Positions 39,662-47,699 of a stretch of DNA of 64,000 bases are shown one piece after another. Position 1 is the stretch's first letter, and the number at the start of each line of letters is the position of its first letter. Under the pieces are notes generated by a model, which worked only from the letters and a program-made list of their open reading frames with translations, was not told the DNA's origin and did not search any database. The stretch lies in contig CAVPCT010000004.1 in NCBI GenBank assembly GCA_963702475.1, forward strand, positions 192,001-256,000, read 5' to 3'. This DNA is from an uncultured Thermoleophilia bacterium. Lineage in GTDB: Bacteria > Actinomycetota > Thermoleophilia > UBA2241. Position numbers and translations under genes: made by a program.

Positions 39662-40573
39662 CTACTCCTTGACCGTCAGATCGAGGCCGTTGTACCACTT
39701 CTTGCTCAGCTCGGTGAGTGTGCCGTCGGTGTGCATCTTCTCGACGGCGTAGTCGAGCATCGCGAGCCAGTCGCCCTCGCCCTGGTTGATGGCGAAGGCC
39801 AGGTCCTCGTAGTAGAGGGGGGCGCCCGAGAAGTCGAATGGCTGGCCCTCCAGGATGGCCTGCTGGCCCGTGGGGCCGGCGGTCATGGCGAAGTCGAGGT
39901 TGCCGTTGCGGAGGTCAGGGAACGCGTCCGCGTCGGTCGGGTAGGTCTTGACGTCGGCTTCGCTCTCGGCCTTGAGGAACTCGTAGTAGGTGGTGGCGGC
40001 GCCCACGCCGACCTTCTTGCCCGCCAGGTCTTCGACACCGGCGATCTGCGGGCCGCCCTTCTTCACGAACACCTGGCCGGACGTGTAGTAGTACGGCACG
40101 GTGAAGTCGACGACCTTGTCGCGCTCGTCCGTGATCGTCATGGAACCGATGGAGACATCCCACTTGGCCGTCTGCAGGCCGGGGATGACCGTCTCCCACT
40201 GCACGGTCTTGAACTCGACCGTGAGGCCGAGTACCTCGGCCATCGCCTTGGCGACGTCGATGTCGAAGCCGACCAGCTCGTTGGTCTCCTGGTCGATGGA
40301 GCTCTGCGGCGCGTAGTTGGCGTCGGTGGACACGAGCACGGTGCCACGCTCGACGATGGTCGCGGCGAGGCCGCTCGGCGCCTTGCCCAGGATCGCCTCG
40401 GCGCGCTCTGCGGCGCTACCTGTGATCTCTCCGCCGCTGGAGGCCGAGGCGCTGGGCTCCGCGGTCTCCCCGCCGCCCTCCTCTTCGCTCCCGCAGCCAG
40501 CAGCCACCGCCAGCATCGCCACCGCGGCGATGAGCAGCAGGACCACCAAGATGTAGGTCTTTCGATTCCTCAT
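39662..40573 (-). CDS. Polar amino acid ABC substrate-binding lipoprotein (family 3)
   Basis: Lipobox AAGC, STDANYAPQS, GFDIDVA, SMTITDER, DFTVPYY. Confidence 0.93.
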   Translation of the reverse strand: MRNRKTYILVVLLLIAAVAMLAVAAGCGSEEEGGGETAEPSASASSGGEITGSAAERAEAILGKAPSGLAATIVERGTVLVSTDANYAPQSSIDQETNELVGFDIDVAKAMAEVLGLTVEFKTVQWETVIPGLQTAKWDVSIGSMTITDERDKVVDFTVPYYYTSGQVFVKKGGPQIAGVEDLAGKKVGVGAATTYYEFLKAESEADVKTYPTDADAFPDLRNGNLDFAMTAGPTGQQAILEGQPFDFSGAPLYYEDLAFAINQGEGDWLAMLDYAVEKMHTDGTLTELSKKWYNGLDLTVKE

Positions 40574-40980
40574 GCCTCCGTCCTTTCCGGCTGAGTTACT
40601 CCCGAAGTGCCATGGCGACCCCAGACGGGATCGGTGTGGCTGCGGCCCCCACCGCGATCGAGACGTCCTGCGCCGCCGTCCCCTCAAGCGGCCGCTGATT
40701 CCGTTTTATACAGGACGCGAGCCAAAAGACAAGCGTGCGACGAGCCTGCCGCCCGGCCGCGGGGATGCCCTCGGCAGGCCGCTCGTCGCGGGCCGCGGCG
40801 GGCAGGTCGTCAGATGCAGCGAGCGTCAGTCGCGGAAGGCCGACGACCGCTGCTCGGCACCTCCGGCAAACCGCCCTCGCGAGCGCCACTTCACCCGGCT
40901 CGGGTGAAGACCCTCCCTCGCCGTACCGCCTACGCTTGGAGTGCAGAGAGGTGGAGGCACCCGAGAGCCAGGAGGACGTC

Positions 40981-41379
40981 ATGAGCTCCACAGCAATCCA
41001 TAGACGCCAACCCGTCCACGTGCCGTGGATGACGACCTTCGCGGTCGCCGTGGCCGTCGCCGTGTGCGCCGCGCTGCTGATCCTCGCGAACCGGCCCGCC
41101 ACGCAGACGCCGACCGGGCAGGCCGAGGTCGCGCCCGCGGCCGTCGCCGTCGACACGGCCGCAGTGCCGCTGCCCGAGAACCCGGCCGCGCGCCGGCACC
41201 TGATCGCTCAGGTCAAGGCGCGGGCCGCTCAGACTGAGCAGTCCACGTACCCCCGTAACCACGTGATCGCCGCCACCGCGGGGACGTTCACGGCTCCGGC
41301 CCCCGCGCTGCGGCGCTACGCCGCCGACATCCCCCCCAAGGACCCGCACCCGTTCAACCACTTCCCGAGCGAGCCTTGA
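40981..41379 (+). CDS. Hypothetical membrane-anchored/secreted protein
   Basis: SD GGAGGA; one N-terminal TM; Ala/Pro-rich remainder. Confidence 0.6.
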   Translation: MSSTAIHRRQPVHVPWMTTFAVAVAVAVCAALLILANRPATQTPTGQAEVAPAAVAVDTAAVPLPENPAARRHLIAQVKARAAQTEQSTYPRNHVIAATAGTFTAPAPALRRYAADIPPKDPHPFNHFPSEP

Positions 41380-41519
41380 GCCGGGCCGATGAGAGCGCAG
41401 TCGCCGGACCATCCTGGCGGGCCGGCGGCACGGGCGAGGGCCGAGCGGCGTGACCGCCCGGCCCTCGCCACGTACGCCGGACCCCGCACGGACCGGCCTG
41501 GCGCCAGGGAGCGGGCCGG

Positions 41520-42905
41520 TCAGGAAATCTTCGCGAGGCGCCGCAGTCGCGCGTCGACGTCGGCATCGAGCGGCGGCGGGCGATGGCTCTCCACGATGCG
41601 GACCACACGCTCGTGAGCGCGGTCGAGGGCCGTCTGGCGACCCCCCGCCGCCCAGTAGCGATGCGGCAGGTCTTCGATCAGGGACGGCGCCGGGGACGGG
41701 GCGGGCGGGTGTGGCTCGGGATTCGACGGCGCCGGCTCGTCGAGGCCGGAGAGGTCGATGCCCTGTGCGATCGCGCGGGCCTGGCTGACCGTGTCCGCCG
41801 CCAGCGACATCTCCTCGTAGCTGAAGATGCGGCCCCCCGAGACCATGCCGACCCCGGTGAGCATGTCGACGCCTGCGGCCAGCGAGAGGAAGGTCGTGGT
41901 GGTGTCATCGAGCGCCGACTGCCAGCCCGGCTCCTTGGCCCCTGACGAGTTGATGCCGCACTGCGTGGGCAGTGAGTAGAAGCGGCCGATGTCGGCGACC
42001 GCGGCGCCCATGACGGTGTCTTCCGGGGCGCCGCCCGTGAAGTCCCCGCTTGTGAGGTCCATGATGCTCGGGATGAAGCAGACGAAGACCGGCGCCCGCG
42101 GGAACGCGGCCTGTACTACGCACACGGCGGCCAGCGCTTCGGCGATGCCCACGACCAGCGAGCCGGCCATGGTGATGGGCGTTGTGGACCCGCCCATGGG
42201 CATGGTCACGAACCCGACCGGCACGCCTGCTTCGGCGAACACCAGGCCGGCCTCCAGGGTACCGGCGTCATTGCCCAGGGGCGTGACGGTGCCCAGCAGG
42301 GCGCTCACGGGCGGCGCGTCACGCAGCGCCTCGGGCGAGCCCGCGACGGCGGCCGCCATGGCGACGGCGGCCTCGGCAAGGTCCGGCTCCACCACGGTGA
42401 CGGTCTGCACGTGCTTGCCTGTGTTGGCGATGGCCAGGTACAGCTCGTGCAGGCCGCGGACCTCCGTCGGCCTGTCCTGAGCGCTGACGGCGGGCCAGCA
42501 GAAGTCCACCTCGGGCATGGCGTCGACCACGCGAGAGATGGTGGCGACGTCGGCGGCGGCGGTCCCGCGCTTCTCGCCGCTGGTCAGGTCGTAGATCTCC
42601 ACGCAGCAGCCGTCAGTGGTGAGGAGCGCGCGGTCGCCGGTCACGAGCGGGCTTGCGGCTCTGGCGCCTAGCGTGAGGGTCGGCGGCGCCAGGGCCACCA
42701 ACCGCCGGACGAGCTCGGGTCGGAATCTCACGATGCCGCCCTGGGCCTCCGCGCCCTGAGCGACCAGGGCATCGACGGCGGCGGCGGAGGGGACAGAGAC
42801 GCCCACGCCGGCGAGCACCTCCATCGCCGCGGCGTCGAGCCGCTCCAGGTCGAGGCGCGAGAGGATCGTCAAGCGGCCGGCGCTGCCCACGCTGTGCTCG
42901 TGCAT
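41520..42905 (-). CDS. mttB: MttB superfamily methyltransferase, non-pyrrolysine, altered C-terminus
   Basis: NTGKHVQ, GSTTPITMAGSLV, TGGAPED, KEPGWQS, GVGM; SD GGAGGAG; extended -10 TGCTAGATT upstream. Confidence 0.9.
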   Translation of the reverse strand: MHEHSVGSAGRLTILSRLDLERLDAAAMEVLAGVGVSVPSAAAVDALVAQGAEAQGGIVRFRPELVRRLVALAPPTLTLGARAASPLVTGDRALLTTDGCCVEIYDLTSGEKRGTAAADVATISRVVDAMPEVDFCWPAVSAQDRPTEVRGLHELYLAIANTGKHVQTVTVVEPDLAEAAVAMAAAVAGSPEALRDAPPVSALLGTVTPLGNDAGTLEAGLVFAEAGVPVGFVTMPMGGSTTPITMAGSLVVGIAEALAAVCVVQAAFPRAPVFVCFIPSIMDLTSGDFTGGAPEDTVMGAAVADIGRFYSLPTQCGINSSGAKEPGWQSALDDTTTTFLSLAAGVDMLTGVGMVSGGRIFSYEEMSLAADTVSQARAIAQGIDLSGLDEPAPSNPEPHPPAPSPAPSLIEDLPHRYWAAGGRQTALDRAHERVVRIVESHRPPPLDADVDARLRRLAKIS

Positions 42906-43069
42906 CTCGTCGTCTCCTCCAGCCTGCCGAGCCGCGCCGAGACCGGCGTGCGTGGCGCGGGAACGGCGGGAGTGTGCGGTGCACCTCGCGGCACACCCCA
43001 CGTTGAGCCCGCTGCGTAGCTCAATCTAGCACGTTTGTGGGCCCCGGGAGCCACGGGTACCATGGCCTC

Positions 43070-43828
43070 ATGGCCGTCAGCGAAGACAGCCCAGAGGCCG
43101 GCGCGCCGCGGCCCCGGCCTCGGCCTCGCCGCCGGCTCCTCCGCCGGCTAGGTGACGTGCTGCTCATCGCCGGCGGACTCGTGCTCGCCTACCCGTTCTG
43201 GTCGGCCGGCTACGCACAGGTGCAGCAGACCCGGCTCGACGCCGCCTACCACGACAGGGCGGCCGCGTTCGCCCCGGTGGCCGTGGCCGCGACCGAGGAG
43301 TCGCGAGCCGAGCACATCCCCAAGGACGAGGTCGTACGCCGCCTCGGCGTGCTGTTCGGCGCCCACCTGCGCGCGGGCGACCCCATCGGGCGGCTCCGCA
43401 TCCCGGCCATCGATCTCGATCGCCTGGTCCAGCAGGGCTCCCGCAGCGGCGGAGGGCTCGACCCGGATGCGGACCGCAGGCTGCTGCGCAACGGCCCCGT
43501 GCACTACGCCGTGACTCCCCTGCCCGGCGTCGGCGAGCCCTTCGCGGTCGCCGGCCACAGGACGACGTACGGTGCGCCGTTCTACCGGCTGGACAAGCTC
43601 AAGCGCGGGGACGCCGTCTTCGTCGAGACGCCTTACGCCCGCTTCCGCTATGCGGTCGCCAAGACCACCGTGGTACTTCCCACGGACGTGGGTGTGCTCT
43701 TCGACCGCGGCTACGGCCTGGTGCTGACCACCTGCACGCCGCCGTACAGCGCCAGCCACCGCCTCATCGTCTGGGCGGTGCTCGAACGGGTCACCCCGCT
43801 CAAGAAAGCGCCGGCGCCGGGCACCTGA
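43070..43828 (+). CDS. Sortase (class D/E)
   Basis: N-terminal TM, GRLRIPAI, AGHRTTYGAPF, LTTCTP, HRLIV; TACCAT -10 6 nt before the ATG. Confidence 0.93.
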   Translation: MAVSEDSPEAGAPRPRPRPRRRLLRRLGDVLLIAGGLVLAYPFWSAGYAQVQQTRLDAAYHDRAAAFAPVAVAATEESRAEHIPKDEVVRRLGVLFGAHLRAGDPIGRLRIPAIDLDRLVQQGSRSGGGLDPDADRRLLRNGPVHYAVTPLPGVGEPFAVAGHRTTYGAPFYRLDKLKRGDAVFVETPYARFRYAVAKTTVVLPTDVGVLFDRGYGLVLTTCTPPYSASHRLIVWAVLERVTPLKKAPAPGT

Positions 43829-43897
43829 CGCGGCCGGGGTCCCGTCGCCAAGCCGCACGGCGGCCGGAGGCCGGCCTCACCGAGGTGGCACCGGCGG

Positions 43898-45142
43898 TCA
43901 GGCGCCGGCTCCTGCCGTGCCGGGGTACGGCGGCCGCTCCTCCGAGGTGCCGTCGAGCAGCATGACCAGGAACTCCTCGCCCGCCTCACACCCGGGGAAC
44001 CCTGGCGGGATGAACGCCAGACTGTCGGCGAGCGCCATGGACCGGAGGATGGCAGAACCCTGGGGTCCGGTGGTGGTGAAACCCCAGCCGCGATCGCGGT
44101 GCACCACGCGGCAACGGCGCGCCTCGGTACGCGAGCGTGTGCCCCTCACCGCCTCTTCGGCAGCCGCGTACACGTGGGGGCGGTACAGGTCGCTGCGGCC
44201 CTGCAGCGCGAGGAGCGCCGGGCGGATGTAGAGCTCGAAGCTGACCATGGAGGCAACCGGGTTACCCGGAACGCCGAACACCAGCGTCTCATCGCGCACA
44301 CCGAAGGCCAGAGGCTTGCCGGGTTTCGTGGCCACGCCCCAGAAGCGCCGCTCTACGCCGAGCTCCTCCTGCACCTGCTTGACGAAGTCGAACTCGCCCA
44401 CCGAGACGCCTCCCGAGGTGATCACGACATCGTTCTTGAGGGCGGCCTCCAGGAGGCGTCGGGTCTCGTCGAGGTCGTCGCGCGCAATGCCGAGCAGGAT
44501 GGGGTCGCCGCCGGCGTTCGCCACCTGGGCGGCGGCGGTGAAGGAGTTCGAATTGCGGATCTGCCCGAGGCCCGGCTGCCTGCCGAGCGGCACCAGCTCG
44601 CTGCCCGTGGCGAGGATGGCGACGCGCGGCCGCGTGGCCACGTGGACGCTGGCGACCCCGATGGAGGCGAGCACGCCGATCTCGGCGGGACCCAACCGTG
44701 CTCCGCGGGGGACGACGACGTCGCCGGGAGCGATGTCTTCTGCGGCACGGCGCACGTTGGCGCCGGTCCTGGGCGCCTCCCGGACCTCCAGGAGATCGCC
44801 ACTCTGCGCCGTGTGCTCGACCTGCACCACGGTGTCGACGCCGGGCGGCAGAGGGGCGCCGGTCATGATCTTGGCGGCCTCGCCGGCCGCGAGCTCGGTG
44901 TCCCACCAGCGGCCGGCGGGGATGTCGACGACCACGCGGAACTCACGGCGCCCGGCCTCCAGCTCCGCGCCGCGCACCGCGTAGCCGTCCATGGCGGAGT
45001 TGTCGAAGGAGGGCACCGCCTCGGGCGAGACGATGTCGGCCGCGGCGGCGCGGCCGAGCGCGTCCTGCAGGGGCACGTCGCAGCCGGGCAGGGGGTGTAC
45101 CGCCGCAAGGACGGCGTCGAGTGCTTCGTGGATACCGATCAC
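43898..45142 (-). CDS. moeA: Molybdopterin molybdenumtransferase
   Basis: FDNSAMDGYA, IMTGAPLP, ATGSEL, NSNS, TSGGVSVG, KPGKP, PGNPVA; GTG 45142. Confidence 0.95.
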   Translation of the reverse strand: MIGIHEALDAVLAAVHPLPGCDVPLQDALGRAAAADIVSPEAVPSFDNSAMDGYAVRGAELEAGRREFRVVVDIPAGRWWDTELAAGEAAKIMTGAPLPPGVDTVVQVEHTAQSGDLLEVREAPRTGANVRRAAEDIAPGDVVVPRGARLGPAEIGVLASIGVASVHVATRPRVAILATGSELVPLGRQPGLGQIRNSNSFTAAAQVANAGGDPILLGIARDDLDETRRLLEAALKNDVVITSGGVSVGEFDFVKQVQEELGVERRFWGVATKPGKPLAFGVRDETLVFGVPGNPVASMVSFELYIRPALLALQGRSDLYRPHVYAAAEEAVRGTRSRTEARRCRVVHRDRGWGFTTTGPQGSAILRSMALADSLAFIPPGFPGCEAGEEFLVMLLDGTSEERPPYPGTAGAGA

Positions 45143-45196
45143 GGAAGTCTCCAGAGGTCCGGGGGATGTGAAGTCATTTCTGCTTACGCATCTTAG

Positions 45197-45224
45197 TAAA
45201 CCCTGCGCACCTGTGGTCCGATTC
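45197..45224 (+). promoter_or_regulatory. sigma28-type promoter of the FlgM-like ORF
   Basis: TAAA-N16-TCCGATTC. Confidence 0.6.
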
Positions 45225-45259
45225 ATCCACCGGGAAGACAAACGACCGAGGAGTCGATC

Positions 45260-45445
45260 GTGGAACGAGGCGACAGACCGAGCCGCGCCGAGATGGACCT
45301 CACGGGCTCCCGCAAGCGCCGGGTGCTGGCGCTCCGCGACCTGGTGGACAAGCTGGCCTACGAGATCCGGGCAGAGGACGTCGCCGACAGCATCATCAAG
45401 GACGCTCTGGTCGTCGCTCCCCCACAAGAGGAGCCACGACACTGA
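45260..45445 (+). CDS. Small FlgM-like anti-sigma28 protein (C-terminal domain only)
   Basis: SD GAGGAG; RKRRVLALRDLVDKLAYEIRAEDVADSII fits the FlgM pattern RxxRVxxL+xxIxxxxYxVxxxxIAxxI; sigma28 promoter upstream. Confidence 0.6.
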   Translation: MERGDRPSRAEMDLTGSRKRRVLALRDLVDKLAYEIRAEDVADSIIKDALVVAPPQEEPRH

Positions 45446-45791
45446 GCAGCAGCAGGCCGGCGGCCACGCCGGCCATGTCCACCAGGCCGTCGCTCGCCTG
45501 GAACTCCCGGTAGGGCAGGGGGATCTGCACCACCTCCATCGCCCACCCCAGCGCGACCGCCACCGCCCCCGCGAGCGCGAGGGCACGCGCCGCGATCCTC
45601 CACCCCCCGAACGCCACCGCCAGGGCGAACGCCAGGGCCGCGTACCCGATGAAGTGCCCGAGCGAGGCCACGAGGTTCTCGCGTGCGCCCACCGTCGCTT
45701 CCAGAGTCTCGTGTGTCGGGACGACCCCGAGCACCACGATGACGAGTGCCCAGGACGCAGCGAGCACCCGCCAGCCGCGCGGACCCCGCAT
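45396..45791 (-). CDS. VanZ-like membrane protein
   Basis: GHFIGYAAL, MEVVQIPLPYREF...DGLVDMAG; TGATG coupling to thiN. Confidence 0.8.
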   Translation of the reverse strand: MRGPRGWRVLAASWALVIVVLGVVPTHETLEATVGARENLVASLGHFIGYAALAFALAVAFGGWRIAARALALAGAVAVALGWAMEVVQIPLPYREFQASDGLVDMAGVAAGLLLLSVVAPLVGERRPERP

Positions 45792-46486
45792 CACGCCGCG
45801 CGCCAGGGGCGGCAATGGCCGCCGTAGGTCTCGGTCCCGCTCTCGACGAGCACCGCCGCGACCCCTTCGTGCAGAGCGATGGCCGCGCCTTGCCTCGCGA
45901 CGCTGTTGCCGAGGCCGAGACAGGCGTCGACCGGCAGCGCCCCCCGCTCGAGCGGGTAGGCGAGTCCGGTCAGCGTGGCGGTCACGGCGGCGCCCAGCGG
46001 GACGAGCGAGACGCGGACGCCGGGCGGCGCATCCAGCACGACGCGCGCCGGCGCCATCAGGACACGCACCGTGAGTCGCGGTCCGACCAGGCGAGCGGGC
46101 ACGGCGGCCGCCTCAAGGCGCCGCAGCACGGCGAGATGGCCGAGGGTGTGGTCGAGGGCGCCGAGGGCGCCGACGAGGACCACCTCGCCGGCGCCGCGGC
46201 GCCGCGCCTCGTCCACGGCAAGCTCCCCGTCCGTCTCGTCTTTGCAGACCGGGTGACGGACCAGTTCGACGCCGGCCGACTCCAGTTCTGCCACACGGTC
46301 GGCGGGCAACGAGTCGAAGTCGCCGACCACGAGGTCCGGCAGGACCGCGGCGTCCAGCAGAAAGCCCGCGCCGCCGTCCGCCCCGACCACGAGGTCGGCC
46401 GCGGCTGCCCACCCCAGATAGTACGCCGCCTCCTCGTACACGCCGCCGAGGAAGACCACCGCCAGCCGGGCCGCCACGGCGGTCAC
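45791..46486 (-). CDS. thiN: Thiamine diphosphokinase
   Basis: GADGGA, VVGDFDSL, KDETDGELA, DHTLGHL, GLAYPL, GLGNS; GTGA overlap with thiT. Confidence 0.9.
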   Translation of the reverse strand: MTAVAARLAVVFLGGVYEEAAYYLGWAAAADLVVGADGGAGFLLDAAVLPDLVVGDFDSLPADRVAELESAGVELVRHPVCKDETDGELAVDEARRRGAGEVVLVGALGALDHTLGHLAVLRRLEAAAVPARLVGPRLTVRVLMAPARVVLDAPPGVRVSLVPLGAAVTATLTGLAYPLERGALPVDACLGLGNSVARQGAAIALHEGVAAVLVESGTETYGGHCRPWRAA

Positions 46487-47094
46487 TGCGGCGCTCTCCG
46501 CGACCGCCCCGGAAACGCCGCGTCGTAGGCCTTGAGCGCCGGGTAGAGCAGCAGCGTGGTGAGGATGCCCTCCGGCACCAGATACAGGAGATTGTACGTG
46601 GCGGCGTACAGCCAGGGAGCCTCCCAATCGGGCGCGTACGCGGCGAAGAAGATCAGACCCGAGAGAAAGTGGAAGACGAAGCGCGCGCCCAGCGCCAGGA
46701 GGACCGCGAGAGCCAGCGACTTCAAGCCGCGCACGTACACGAACCCGGCCGCGCACAGGGACATGAAGGCCAGCGGATAGTCCAGCGCCGCCTGTGCGGG
46801 GTGGTAGACGAACGCCCCCGGCAGGCCGAGTTGGAGCAGGCCGTACAGCAGGCCGGTGACTGCGGCAGGTACCACGCCGCGCCGCACCGCGATGAAGATG
46901 ATCGGCAGGAGCTCGAGGCTCACCGAACCGCCCTGGGGCATCACGAAGAGGCGCACCTGGCCAAGAACGGCGGCGAGCGCGATGGCGACTCCGATCTCGG
47001 CCAGGGCCCGGACTCCCCAACGGGCCGGATTGAGATTGAGGCGGTCCCCCATACCCATGGCGGGCGTGGGGGACGAGACGATCGGCGTGCTCAC
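46483..47094 (-). CDS. thiT: ECF-type thiamine transporter S component ThiT (YuaJ)
   Basis: MPQGGSVS, HPAQAALDYPLAF, RFVFHFLSGLIFFAAYAP, YNLLY; downstream of a TPP riboswitch. Confidence 0.93.
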   Translation of the reverse strand: MSTPIVSSPTPAMGMGDRLNLNPARWGVRALAEIGVAIALAAVLGQVRLFVMPQGGSVSLELLPIIFIAVRRGVVPAAVTGLLYGLLQLGLPGAFVYHPAQAALDYPLAFMSLCAAGFVYVRGLKSLALAVLLALGARFVFHFLSGLIFFAAYAPDWEAPWLYAATYNLLYLVPEGILTTLLLYPALKAYDAAFPGRSRRAPQ

Positions 47095-47100
47095 GGCTGC

Positions 47101-47225
47101 TCTCCCTTCGCTGGCATTACCCAGCAGCGTCGACTGGACGCTGCCACCCCGAGGGGTGGTCAGGTACTACGCGTCGGCGCCAGGAAGCGCCTTCTCAGCT
47201 CCTCACGCGGGAGCTCCGCAGGACA
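47101..47225 (-). ncRNA. TPP riboswitch (variant with 35-nt insertion in J4/5)
   Basis: GCGGAGC...GCTGAGA...GACGCGTAGTACCTGA[insert]CTGGGTAATGCCAGCGAAGGGAG; the SD lies within the aptamer 3' strand. Confidence 0.9.
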
Positions 47226-47282
47226 TCCATAGTCTACCTCAGGTGTTGGCTCGGTGGGCGACGTTTCATCAGGTGGTCCCAC

Positions 47283-47621
47283 CGTTCACAGTGACCTGTG
47301 GAGAATGTGGATAACTCCCTTTTACCACGCTTTCAGGCTCACAATCTCGGTGGACAACCCGTTCACGCACTCGACTTCCCTTGACAGCCGCGAGGCCGCC
47401 ACTTGACCGGGACGAATCTCCGTTTTGCAGGACTTTTTGGTGGACCCACAGATGCTGCGAGCCTGACACCCGACAGCCCTGCGGGAGCCCTGCTTCGGAC
47501 TATCCGATTCGTTGGGTCCGAGCTTGTGTGAAACCGCGCTTTCCACAACGTCCGCAAATTGGGCACGTTGCCCGGACGTGGATGGAGTGCTTTCCACAGT
47601 TACTGAACAGGCTGTGGACAA
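47283..47621. other. oriC part 1: DnaA-box cluster
   Basis: TGTGGATAA 47306 (perfect), TGTGGAGAA 47297, GGTGGACAA 47349, CTTTCCACA 47539 and 47590, TGTGGACAA 47613; lower GC; predominant gene strand switches here. Confidence 0.85.
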
Positions 47622-47680
47622 CTCACCCGTTCTCGCTGCAAATCCGCTTTTCATGGGGGTCCACGGAACGGAGCCGGCTC

Positions 47681-47689
47681 TGCTATACT
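47681..47689 (+). promoter_or_regulatory. Extended -10 promoter for the ATPase-dnaA operon
   Basis: TGCTATACT, 10 nt before ATG 47700; no SD (near-leaderless). Confidence 0.7.
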
Positions 47690-47699
47690 CTGCGCCCCC

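Noticed and set aside
40574-40710. Lysine riboswitch or T-box upstream of the amino acid ABC operon
   Set aside because: Some hairpin potential, but the leader is short and lacks recognisable L-box or T-box consensus; a covariance search would be needed.
28643-42905. Pyrrolysine (TAG) read-through in the MttB genes
   Set aside because: All four frames are open at full length with no internal TAG, and no pyl genes or tRNA-Pyl are in the window.
45143-45586. N-terminal extension of moeA (562 aa call)
   Set aside because: Overlaps vanZ and the FlgM-like ORF; MoeA homology starts at GTG 45142.
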